A stretch of 64,000 bases of DNA from Nitrospirota bacterium. GTDB taxonomy: Bacteria > Nitrospirota > UBA9217. How positions within the stretch are numbered: the stretch's first letter is position 1; the number at the start of each line of letters is the position of its first letter. The stretch is from positions 672,001-736,000 of the forward strand of contig CAVTRN010000002.1 in assembly GCA_963737155.1 (NCBI GenBank), in the 5' to 3' direction. A program made the translations under genes and the position numbers. The notes under the pieces are model-generated. The model ran no database searches. It was not told where the DNA came from and was given only the letters and a program-made list of their open reading frames with translations. Positions 28,808 through 37,081 of the stretch are shown piece by piece.

Positions 28808-29872
28808 ATGACTGACAGTATGAACGGACTTGAAAGAATAGCGACAGCTTTCCAGATGAAGGAAGCGGACAGGGTCCCGGTTGCGCCCCTGGTATGCGGA
28901 GCGACTCATCGGGCTGCAGGTATGACATATGGCGAATGGTCACGGATGACGGATGTCGATGCAATGGTAAGAGGCCATGTAGATTCGCTGGATCTTATAG
29001 GACATGACGGCGTCGTGATGCTTGTCGATCTGTCCGTAGAGGCCCAGACTTTTGGATGCGAAGTCATTTTCCCCGAAAACGACACAGCACACCCGAATTA
29101 CGATGACCCATTCATCAAAGGCCCCGAAGATTACAAAAAAATCAAGAAGATCAACCCGAGGAAAACAGGAAGAATGAAAGGCGTGATTGACCTCACATCG
29201 GGACTGTCCAAAGTGATCGGCAAAACCCATGGGATCGTGGGGTTCGTATATGGGTCCCTGGGGGTGCTGAGCATGATGCGCGGACCCGAGGCCTTCTTCA
29301 TGGACTTGATGGAACACCCGAAAGAGGTCATGGATGCCGTAAATATCATGGATGAGGCGCTTATAGATTACGCCGTGGCCCAGGCCGAGGCGGGAGCACA
29401 TTCTGTCTGCTATGACAACCTCTATGCATCCCAGAGCATTCTGAGCAAGGAACTTTGGGAAAAGTTCGAAGGACCATCGGTAAAGAAGGTATGCGATGCA
29501 ATACGCAAGGCAGGGGCCTTCGTGAGCTTTCACAATTGCGGCAACGGCATCTACTTCGATATGACAGAAAAATGGGGAAACCCCACAGCCATCTCCCATG
29601 CCTATGTAGCCGACGATGTGGACAGCTGGGAAGAGCATAAAGCCAAGTGGGGGAAGAAGATTACCACAATTGGATGGGTGCCGCCGGGACCGGTTGCGAT
29701 GCTCGGCACGCCCGAAGAAATAGAGGAGGAATGCAAGGCCGAGCTTGAGATTTTTGCAAAAGGCGGAGGATTTATTCTGTCTACGGGATGCGAGTTCGGG
29801 CCGAACGCGCCTCTCAGGAACGCAAAGAGGATCGTGGAAGCGTCCAAGAAATACGGTGTGTACCGGAAGTAG
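28808..29872 (+). CDS. MtaA/CmuA (URO-D fold) methyltransferase, copy 2
   Basis: AGGAGG RBS before ATG 28808; DRVPVAPL, DLSVEA, MMRG; Zn ligands FHNCG and STGCE. Confidence 0.85.
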   Translation: MTDSMNGLERIATAFQMKEADRVPVAPLVCGATHRAAGMTYGEWSRMTDVDAMVRGHVDSLDLIGHDGVVMLVDLSVEAQTFGCEVIFPENDTAHPNYDDPFIKGPEDYKKIKKINPRKTGRMKGVIDLTSGLSKVIGKTHGIVGFVYGSLGVLSMMRGPEAFFMDLMEHPKEVMDAVNIMDEALIDYAVAQAEAGAHSVCYDNLYASQSILSKELWEKFEGPSVKKVCDAIRKAGAFVSFHNCGNGIYFDMTEKWGNPTAISHAYVADDVDSWEEHKAKWGKKITTIGWVPPGPVAMLGTPEEIEEECKAELEIFAKGGGFILSTGCEFGPNAPLRNAKRIVEASKKYGVYRK

Positions 29873-30031
29873 ACGCAATACGGTTCCCTTTTTGCCGGGG
29901 CGGGAATGACCATCGTTTTAGCGATTGAGGAACGATAACGCAATCGGGAACCAGGCGCAAGACTCCCTGCAGCGGAGTTGCAGGATGTAAATTCTATGAG
30001 CTGAAGCAAATCACGATAAGGAGATAAAAAC

Positions 30032-30703
30032 ATGGCTACGGAAGAAAAAGAGAAAGAGCTCATCAAGAGACTTCAAGAGGCGGTGATCAACTTCAAAGTG
30101 GAGGATTCGCGGAAGGCGGCCCAGGAGGCCGTCGCGGTTGGCGCAAACGCCTATCGGATGACGATGGAGGGTCTTGCGGGAGGGATGGAGGTCGTAAGCC
30201 AGAAGTTCGACTGCCATGAGTATTTCGTGCCTGAGACCCTACTCTGTGCGAAGGCGCTTTATGCTGCGCTCGACGTCCTGAAACCTCATATCAAGGTCGA
30301 GGGAGAAGTAAAAAAAGGGCAGGTCGTTCTCGGTGTTATGCAGGGTGATGTCCACGATCTCGGAAAAAACCTCATCAAGGCCATCTTCGAGGCTTCTGGC
30401 TGGACCGTGCATGACCTTGGTCGGGATGTCCCGCTCAATAAATTCGTGGAAGAGCAGCTCAAGACTGACTCCGACATCATCATGCTCTCCGCCATGATGA
30501 CGACTTCGATGGTGGGCATCAAGAAGCTAATCCCGATGATCAAGGAGAAGAACCCGAAAGTGAAGATCATGATCGGGGGCGCTCCGGTGACCGAGAAAGC
30601 TGTTGAGGAGTACGGCGCCGATACCACGGCCGACAACGCGCCGAATGCCCTCAAGGAAGCGATGAAGATGCTCGACACCCTGAGAAAGGGAAAGGCAGCA
30701 TAG
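30032..30703 (+). CDS. Corrinoid (B12-binding) methyl-carrier protein, MtaC/MtbC-like
   Basis: Four-helix cap (GLAGGMEVV..F...EYFVPE), GDVHDLGKN base-off His-on motif, SAMMTT and IGGAP. Confidence 0.93.
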   Translation: MATEEKEKELIKRLQEAVINFKVEDSRKAAQEAVAVGANAYRMTMEGLAGGMEVVSQKFDCHEYFVPETLLCAKALYAALDVLKPHIKVEGEVKKGQVVLGVMQGDVHDLGKNLIKAIFEASGWTVHDLGRDVPLNKFVEEQLKTDSDIIMLSAMMTTSMVGIKKLIPMIKEKNPKVKIMIGGAPVTEKAVEEYGADTTADNAPNALKEAMKMLDTLRKGKAA

Positions 30704-30849
30704 GAAGATAGAGGCCCTCAAACCCGCAGTTTATCCGCGAGAAGCCTGACTGTCGGGGAGCGTGCAGAAGAATGCAGGTGAGGTTATCACGCTTGGAGTT
30801 ACACAGCTGACACCGCGGACAGCATGTTTGTGAGGAGGATTAAGGGGAT

Positions 30850-32799
30850 ATGGATCATACGATTATTTTTCAGCCCTCTGGCCGGCGCGGCCAGGTACCG
30901 GAAGGCACCACCATTCTCGATGCGGCGAGAAGGCTGGGGGTGGGCATCGAGGCAGTATGCGGAGAGCAGCTCGTGTGCGGAAAGTGCCGCGTCAAGGTGA
31001 TGGAGGGGAATTTCCCGAAGGAAGGCATAACATCCTCCATGAGTCACCTGAGTGGGCTTGACGAGAAGGAGATAAAAGTCCTGAAGCGCAAGGACTCCGA
31101 TGAGCATCTCCGCCTGGCCTGTTCTACAAAAATCCTAGGGGATGTGCTCGTCTTTGTTCCCGAGGCCAGCCGTACGGGAAAGCAGGTCGTGAGCAAAGCG
31201 GCCGGAGCGATCAAGGTCACGCTGAAGCCGGCCGTAAAAAAATATTACATCGAGCTTCCGGAGCCGGCTCTTGGCGATCCGCTCGGAGATTTCGAGCGGG
31301 TCGAGAACGTTCTTGCAAAAAAGCACGGACTGAAGCGGCTCTCCATTGATTACCGCACCCTCCAGAAACTTCCTGATGTGGCCAGAAAGGGCGAGTGGAA
31401 GATTACGGTAACGGTGTGGAACAATGCGGAGATCATCAGGGTCGAACCGGGCAGGGTCGAAACGAATATCGGTCTAGCCGTTGACATCGGCACGACAACC
31501 GTGGCAGGCTACCTGACAGACCTCAATACCGGTAAAGTGCTCATAACGGAGTCGATGATGAACCCCCAGGTGCGTTACGGGGAAGACGTCATGTCCCGCA
31601 TCACCTACTGTATGATGAATGAGACGTCGGGCCTTAAGGAGCTGCAGGATACAATCATCGAGGGGCTGAATACGATCGCAAAACAGTCCGCGGAAAAGGC
31701 GGGATTTACTGCGGAAGACATCAGCGAAATGACTCTCGTGGGAAACACCGCCATGCATCACATCCTCCTTGGGATCAATCCTGAGTTTACCGGGGTGGCG
31801 CCTTTTACCCCGGCCCTCCATCGCTCCGTCGATGTCAAGGCGGACCGGTTCGGGATCCAGATCCTTCCCTCGGGCAATATCCATGTGTTACCTATCGAGG
31901 CGGGCTTCGTGGGTGCGGACAATGTGGGTTGCCTTCTTGCCGATGCTCCTCACAAGCGCAAGGAGATGACGCTTCTCATCGACATCGGCACCAACGGGGA
32001 ACTGGTGCTCGGGAACAAGGAGAAGCTCATATCCTGTTCCTGTGCTACCGGTCCGGCACTCGAAGGTGCGCAAATCGAGTTCGGGATGCGCGCCGCCCCC
32101 GGCGCCATCGAGCGAGTGAAAATTGATCCCGCAACGCTGGAGGCGACCTACAGGGTCATCGGGAACACCCTCTGGAGCGATGGGAAGGTCAACATGCAGG
32201 CAAAGGGGATCTGCGGCTCAGCGATCATTGATGTGATTGCGGAGATGTTCAAGGCGGGCATCATCAAGAAGAACGGCCAGATCGACATGGCCCTCCAGTC
32301 GCCGAGGATCAGGAAGGGGACGAAAGGCATGCCCGAGTATGTCCTTGCTTGGAAACAGGAAACGTCTGTCAACCAGGACATCGTTGTTAACCAAAAGGAT
32401 GTGCGGGCGATACAGCTCGCCAAGGGCGCCCTCTATTCCGGCTGCCTCATCATGATGCGAAAGCTCGGTGTCGCAGGTTTCGATCGGCTGGCGATCGCGG
32501 GTGCTTTCGGGAGTCATATCGACAAGGAAGAGGCCATGGTAATCGGCATGATCCCCGATTGCGATTTGAAGAAGGTTGAGTATATCGGGAATGCCGCCGG
32601 TGACGGCGCGCGCATAGCGCTCCTGAATGTGGATAAGAGAAAAGAGGCTAATGTCGTCGCGAGAAGGGTTGAATACGTCGAACTCGCCCTCGAAGAGGAC
32701 TTTAATGACCGGTTCGGCGAGGCAATGCAGTTCCCGCACATGTTTGATGCCTTTCCCCACCTTGAGGGGATCCTGCCGAAGAAGGTGGAGGTAGCTTAA
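30850..32799 (+). CDS. RACo/RamA-type ATP-dependent corrinoid reductive activator (ASKHA, 2Fe-2S)
   Basis: N-terminal CG...CGKC...RLAC ferredoxin domain; DIGTTT, YGEDVMSRI, DIGTNGE, GICGS and GNAAG.GA. Confidence 0.93.
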   Translation: MDHTIIFQPSGRRGQVPEGTTILDAARRLGVGIEAVCGEQLVCGKCRVKVMEGNFPKEGITSSMSHLSGLDEKEIKVLKRKDSDEHLRLACSTKILGDVLVFVPEASRTGKQVVSKAAGAIKVTLKPAVKKYYIELPEPALGDPLGDFERVENVLAKKHGLKRLSIDYRTLQKLPDVARKGEWKITVTVWNNAEIIRVEPGRVETNIGLAVDIGTTTVAGYLTDLNTGKVLITESMMNPQVRYGEDVMSRITYCMMNETSGLKELQDTIIEGLNTIAKQSAEKAGFTAEDISEMTLVGNTAMHHILLGINPEFTGVAPFTPALHRSVDVKADRFGIQILPSGNIHVLPIEAGFVGADNVGCLLADAPHKRKEMTLLIDIGTNGELVLGNKEKLISCSCATGPALEGAQIEFGMRAAPGAIERVKIDPATLEATYRVIGNTLWSDGKVNMQAKGICGSAIIDVIAEMFKAGIIKKNGQIDMALQSPRIRKGTKGMPEYVLAWKQETSVNQDIVVNQKDVRAIQLAKGALYSGCLIMMRKLGVAGFDRLAIAGAFGSHIDKEEAMVIGMIPDCDLKKVEYIGNAAGDGARIALLNVDKRKEANVVARRVEYVELALEEDFNDRFGEAMQFPHMFDAFPHLEGILPKKVEVA

Positions 32800-32859
32800 C
32801 TGACCCAAACAGTCCCGCCGGCAACGCGGTACAAACAGCCAGCAGGCAACGAGGAGGAA

Positions 32860-33057
32860 GTGATGAAGGTTACGTACATTGGTGAGACTAAAGACGTCAA
32901 AACCATAAGCGGCAAAGATGCACGGCTCAGCAAAAACATGGAGCTCGAGTGCATGGAAAAGGAGTATCATTCCGCCATGACGGTAAGAGTCATGCTCGCT
33001 TCCGGCGAGCATGTCAAGGTGGGCAGGAAAGAACTTAAAAAGATAGACGTCTGCTGA
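32860..33057 (+). CDS. Small hypothetical protein
   Basis: Strong GAGGAGG RBS; 65 aa; co-oriented within the operon. Confidence 0.6.
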   Translation: MMKVTYIGETKDVKTISGKDARLSKNMELECMEKEYHSAMTVRVMLASGEHVKVGRKELKKIDVC

Positions 33058-33247
33058 AAAAATAGGGAGGCAGTAAGAACCCTGTTGAGATGTGCCCCTG
33101 CATGGGAGCTTTGCCTACGACGGGCTGAGGTATCGTATCACCGAAAGCATCGAGTCGGAGCGGATGCACTGCAGCCGGCAAAGGGGGGGGTGCGCACAAT
33201 AATATTAATGCATTCATGCCGTTCGACGAGCTGCAGTAATACTGGAA

Positions 33248-33853
33248 ATGATGGTGTCGCAGGGGGGTCGTTCTATTGATTCTATGGAGAAAAAATCCGT
33301 TCTATACATCAGTTGTGGGATATTTAAGGAGGAATTGGAATATCTCGTCAGGGAAAAGGCGCTTGACCTGGATGTTCTTTTCCTTGATGCGGCCCTGCAT
33401 GTGAACTTTGACCGGCTGAAGGAGCGACTGATCCAGGCCCTTGATAAGCATCGAAAGGAGGGCACGCAACTCAAGGTCCTCTATGGCCATTGTCACCCTG
33501 AAATCATGGAGATCGTAGAGCGCTACGGCGCAAAAAAGATCGATGTCGCCAACTGCCTTGAGGCAATCGTAGGGCGTGAGGAAATCCGGAAGATCGATTC
33601 AGAAGCAAAAACTTTTTTTCTCACTGCAGGGTGGGTTAACAACTGGGAAAGCATGTTTGCCCAGGGGCAAGAGGATTTCCATTTCGATTTCAGCTCGATG
33701 TTCAGCCAGTACAAACGTGTCATGGTCTTTGACACCGGCGTAATTCCCATCGATGAAGATAAAGTTAAGCAATTCAGCAAGATCACGAAACTACCCGTTG
33801 AGCGAAGGCGGATCAGCCTGGACCATTTACTCGATCTCGTAACGTGCATTTGA
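33248..33853 (+). CDS. DUF1638 domain protein
   Basis: ISCGIFKEE, LHVNFDRL, LYGHCHP, NCLEAIVG and FFLTAGW (alternative start 33284). Confidence 0.8.
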   Translation: MMVSQGGRSIDSMEKKSVLYISCGIFKEELEYLVREKALDLDVLFLDAALHVNFDRLKERLIQALDKHRKEGTQLKVLYGHCHPEIMEIVERYGAKKIDVANCLEAIVGREEIRKIDSEAKTFFLTAGWVNNWESMFAQGQEDFHFDFSSMFSQYKRVMVFDTGVIPIDEDKVKQFSKITKLPVERRRISLDHLLDLVTCI

Positions 33854-33902
33854 GCAGTATAGTTAGAATCGCAACGCAAGGAACAACGGCCTAAAAAAAG
33901 TT

Positions 33903-34139
33903 ATGCACATAGCTATCGAATACTGCGGGACCTGCAATTACCGGCCGATAGCGGCAGCTCTGTCACTGGCGATTCAGGAAACCTTCGGCATCAAGCCGCT
34001 CCTTGTCCATTCCACGAGGACCGGGGCCTTTGATGTTACCGCTGACGGGGAAATCATCTTTTCAAAGTACGCCACCGGGACGTTTCCGTCTAATGAAGAG
34101 ATTGTTGATATCCTGAGAAAACGGCAGAATTCTGTTTGA
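33903..34139 (+). CDS. Rdx (SelT/SelW/SelH) family protein, Cys form
   Basis: IEYCGTCNY, GAFDVTADG..IFSK and FP..EEI. Confidence 0.88.
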   Translation: MHIAIEYCGTCNYRPIAAALSLAIQETFGIKPLLVHSTRTGAFDVTADGEIIFSKYATGTFPSNEEIVDILRKRQNSV

Positions 34140-34179
34140 CAGGTGCGCATATTTATCCCCGGATGCGGAGAGGCACTAT

Positions 34180-34458
34180 ATGAAAAAACACACAATCACT
34201 CTTTATATGAACGATCCCATGGGCAAGTGGTGACTTTCGCATATCGAGTCTGCCCGTCGGGCGGAGAAGGAATGCGGTGCAGAAGTTATCGTGATCATGA
34301 AAACGTCGCGGGAATATGATTTGGAGAAAGATCCGCCTCCCTGTCCCTCAGTAAAGGTTAATAATCGCTTCATCGTGAAAAGGGGCATGATCACGTACGA
34401 GCAGCTTAAGGCGGTCCTCCTAAAAGAAGATAGCACTTTCGCTTCTGAGGAGGGGTGA
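34180..34458 (+). CDS. Putative selenoprotein (92 aa, in-frame UGA at 34231), thioredoxin-like NDPxGxxU motif
   Basis: GGAGAGG RBS; MKKHTITLYMNDPMGKW-U-LSHIESARRAEKECG...PPPCPSVKVNNRFI...; frame stays open to TGA 34456-34458; SECIS-like hairpin just downstream of the UGA. Missing from the ORF track. Confidence 0.75.
34234..34270 (+). promoter_or_regulatory. Putative bacterial SECIS element
   Basis: TCTGCCC-GTC-GGGCGGA stem starting 16 nt after the UGA, with G first in the apical loop. Confidence 0.6.
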
Positions 34459-35123
34459 CGCAGGTGGAATTTATGGATGTCGGGGAACGCCGCATGCACG
34501 AATTGAACGTTTTAAACCAGAAGCGGTATGCCGTAACCGCCTGGTTCTACGATATTCTGGATTGTCCCTGGGAGCGTCAATACCGGAAGTGGAGACCCGA
34601 CCTTTTGGAAGATGTGCGCGGAGAGGTGCTGGAGGTCGGCATCGGTACCGGGCGCAACCTGAAGTACTACCGGCCCGACGTCAACCTGACCGCGGTGGAT
34701 TTTAGCCCGGCCATGTTGAAGAAAGCGTCGAAGAGGTGTGCCGAAGCGTCGTGCACGGTCCGGTTTATCCATGATGATGCTTCACAGATGGTGTCCATCC
34801 CGTCAGACGGCTATGACTGGGTGGTGGCTTTCTTTCTCTGCTGTGTCCTACCAGAGGATCTGCAGGCCCGGGCAATCTCCGAGTTTGCCCGCGTGCTGAA
34901 ACCCGGTGGCAGATTTCGCCTCCTGGAAATGAAATATTCGCATGATCCCGGACTCAGAAGACGGCAGAATGTGTTTGCGCCCTTTGTCGCCAAGGTATAC
35001 GGCGCGGGGTTCGACCGGCAGACACTCATGTACGTTCAGAACAACGAGAACCTGAAAGTGACAGAAACGCACTATATCAAAAAGGACACGTATCTGCTTA
35101 TCGAAGGCGTGCGGGACGTGTGA
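34455..35123 (+). CDS. Class I SAM-dependent methyltransferase
   Basis: VLEVGIGTGRNL, DFSPAML, FFLCCV and RVLKPGG. Start is uncertain (34455 or 34494). Confidence 0.85.
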   Translation: MTQVEFMDVGERRMHELNVLNQKRYAVTAWFYDILDCPWERQYRKWRPDLLEDVRGEVLEVGIGTGRNLKYYRPDVNLTAVDFSPAMLKKASKRCAEASCTVRFIHDDASQMVSIPSDGYDWVVAFFLCCVLPEDLQARAISEFARVLKPGGRFRLLEMKYSHDPGLRRRQNVFAPFVAKVYGAGFDRQTLMYVQNNENLKVTETHYIKKDTYLLIEGVRDV

Positions 35124-35550
35124 AATTATCATACGATTGAAATCTCGATTTTTTGTACCCCGATGATAGAACGCTTACTATCAGAAGCTTCGAGGTATTA
35201 TACGATGGCCCACAGGGCCAGAACTGGCGCTGGTCCCGGCCTTGACAATGCCTGTGTCGCTTAGTCTCCGGGGCGCCATAACCGCAAATATCATGATTCT
35301 TGCCCTGTTGATGTCTTTGCATTCCGCTGTCGCGGGCGTCACTGCAAATTTCGGGGATCAGATCCGGCAAAGGGATATGCGGGGTGCAGTGGTTCCGGCA
35401 CCGGAATCACAACCGGCGAAATGACGGGGTTTTTCATGGAAGCCGCACTGCATCCGGAGCTGGAGCATGTGAAACGGGAACTGTTGAATGGGCCCAGGGT
35501 GAGCGAAAAATTCCCCCTCCCATAAAATTTATTAGTTCGGAGGGTGAGCG

Positions 35551-36447
35551 ATGAAATTGATGAAGGGGGGAGAACTTTCCGCAAAAATTGTCGCAGCAGT
35601 GCGGGAAGAGACAGACAGACTCGCCAAACATGGGATCCGGGCGGGGCTCGCGCTTTTCCTCGTAGGCGAGGACAAATCGTCACATATGTATTATCAGGCG
35701 ATCCAGAGCGCGTCGGTGCGTGCGGGGATCGATATATTCAACTACACAAAGCCGTCGTCTTCATCGGTGAATGAGATTCTGAACCTGATCAAGACCTTGA
35801 ACCACGACGAACGGGTCAACGGCATTCTCGTGTTCATGCCGCTTCCCCGCCACATCGATACAAGGAAAGTCGTGAATGCCATTGCTCCAGAGAAGGACGT
35901 GGACGGACAGGGCGCCATCTCTGTGGGACGGCTTTCGGCTGAAGAGTCTACAATGCATCTCTTCGAGCCCAGGTTCAATCTCACGGTTCGCCCCACCTTT
36001 CTTCCCTGCACCCCCTATGGCGTGATGCGGATGCTCGAACACTACGGCATAGATCTGAAAGGCAAGAAAGTCGTCATTGTGGGCAAGAGCCTGGCAGTAG
36101 GCAAGCCGCTGGCAATGATGATGCTGGTCAAGGAAGCCACGGTCACAGTCTGCCATCGTGAAACAGAGGACCTCGGCGCGGAAACCAGGCAGGCGGACAT
36201 TCTCTGTACCGCCACGGGGAGGCAGGGCCTGATCAAAGCCGACATGGTGAAAGACGGCGCAATTGTCGTCGATATCGGCATTAATGTACTGCCTGGCGGA
36301 TTGACCATCGGCGATGTGGATTTCGAAGCAGTCTCGAAAAAGGCATCGATGATTACGCCGGTTCCGGGCGGAGTGGGGCCGGTAACAATCGCCATCCTGC
36401 TTAAAAATACGGTAATCTCCGCGAAGAGGATGGTAGGGGTGGGATAA
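35551..36447 (+). CDS. folD: Methylene-THF dehydrogenase/methenyl-THF cyclohydrolase
   Basis: PEKDVDG, PCTPYG, VGKPLA, VDIGIN, GDVDF and TPVPGGVGP. Confidence 0.93.
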   Translation: MKLMKGGELSAKIVAAVREETDRLAKHGIRAGLALFLVGEDKSSHMYYQAIQSASVRAGIDIFNYTKPSSSSVNEILNLIKTLNHDERVNGILVFMPLPRHIDTRKVVNAIAPEKDVDGQGAISVGRLSAEESTMHLFEPRFNLTVRPTFLPCTPYGVMRMLEHYGIDLKGKKVVIVGKSLAVGKPLAMMMLVKEATVTVCHRETEDLGAETRQADILCTATGRQGLIKADMVKDGAIVVDIGINVLPGGLTIGDVDFEAVSKKASMITPVPGGVGPVTIAILLKNTVISAKRMVGVG

Positions 36448-36790
36448 TATTATTCAGAGTTAATAGTTCGGAGATCTGAGTGAAGAGCCTATAATGACGG
36501 TAAGACCGCAAGCGTACAAGGGATCGATGAACATGGGCACTGATTAAAACGATAGTGCCCTGACTGAAAACGTGATATAGTGGAACGGAACATCACGGAT
36601 GTTGGCGCATCATTATGTGTTCAACAGAGCGGACTTTGGTAGAATAGGAATGGATAACTAACTTCTGGCTGCCGGACTTCGTCCGCTATTGCAATTGCGT
36701 TTTTTGATGTGATCGTTATTTTGTCTGAAATTATATTTCTTTTGGATGATTTTGAAAGTCTCAAGTACAGATATCGTAGATAGTAATAGT

Positions 36791-36948
36791 AAATACAGGT
36801 CCCGCAAGGGATAAGAGGGAATCCCGTGGAAATCGGGAGTGGACCCGCCGCTGTAACCGGCACGAAAGCCAATCAATCCACTGATCCTTAACGATCGGGA
36901 AGGCGGGCGAGTAGGATAAACCGGGAGCCAGAAGACCTGCCTGTATTT
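36791..36948 (+). promoter_or_regulatory. Cobalamin riboswitch upstream of bzaCDE
   Basis: AATACAGG...AAGAGGGAATCCCG..GAAATCGGGAG...CCCGCCGCTGT...CCACTG...GGGAAGG...GAGCCAGAAGACCTGCCTGTATT. Confidence 0.93.
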
Positions 36949-37081
36949 GTCAGTATCCGTACGGTGTGACCAGGAAAGACGCAATACTGGCCACCGAATA
37001 AACCTTCTCGCGGATAGAAGGGAGGATGAAGTGAAACAGGGTGCAATCCTCAGAGCTCAAACTTTGAGGATTTTTTAATTT

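Noticed and set aside
22113-29872. URO-D-fold genes as heme-pathway hemE
   Set aside because: Both carry HxC...C Zn ligands and neighbour a corrinoid protein and RACo, which is typical of MtaA-type methyltransferases.
33058-33247. Second possible UGA-readthrough ORF (MCPCMGALPTTG-UGA-GIVS...) and the 33085-33279 ORF
   Set aside because: No well-spaced RBS, no convincing SECIS hairpin and no protein-like motif.
22035-33853. Pyrrolysine (TAG readthrough) methylamine methyltransferase
   Set aside because: No MtmB/MtbB/MttB-like sequence or interrupted frame was seen; the TAG stops here end complete-looking proteins.
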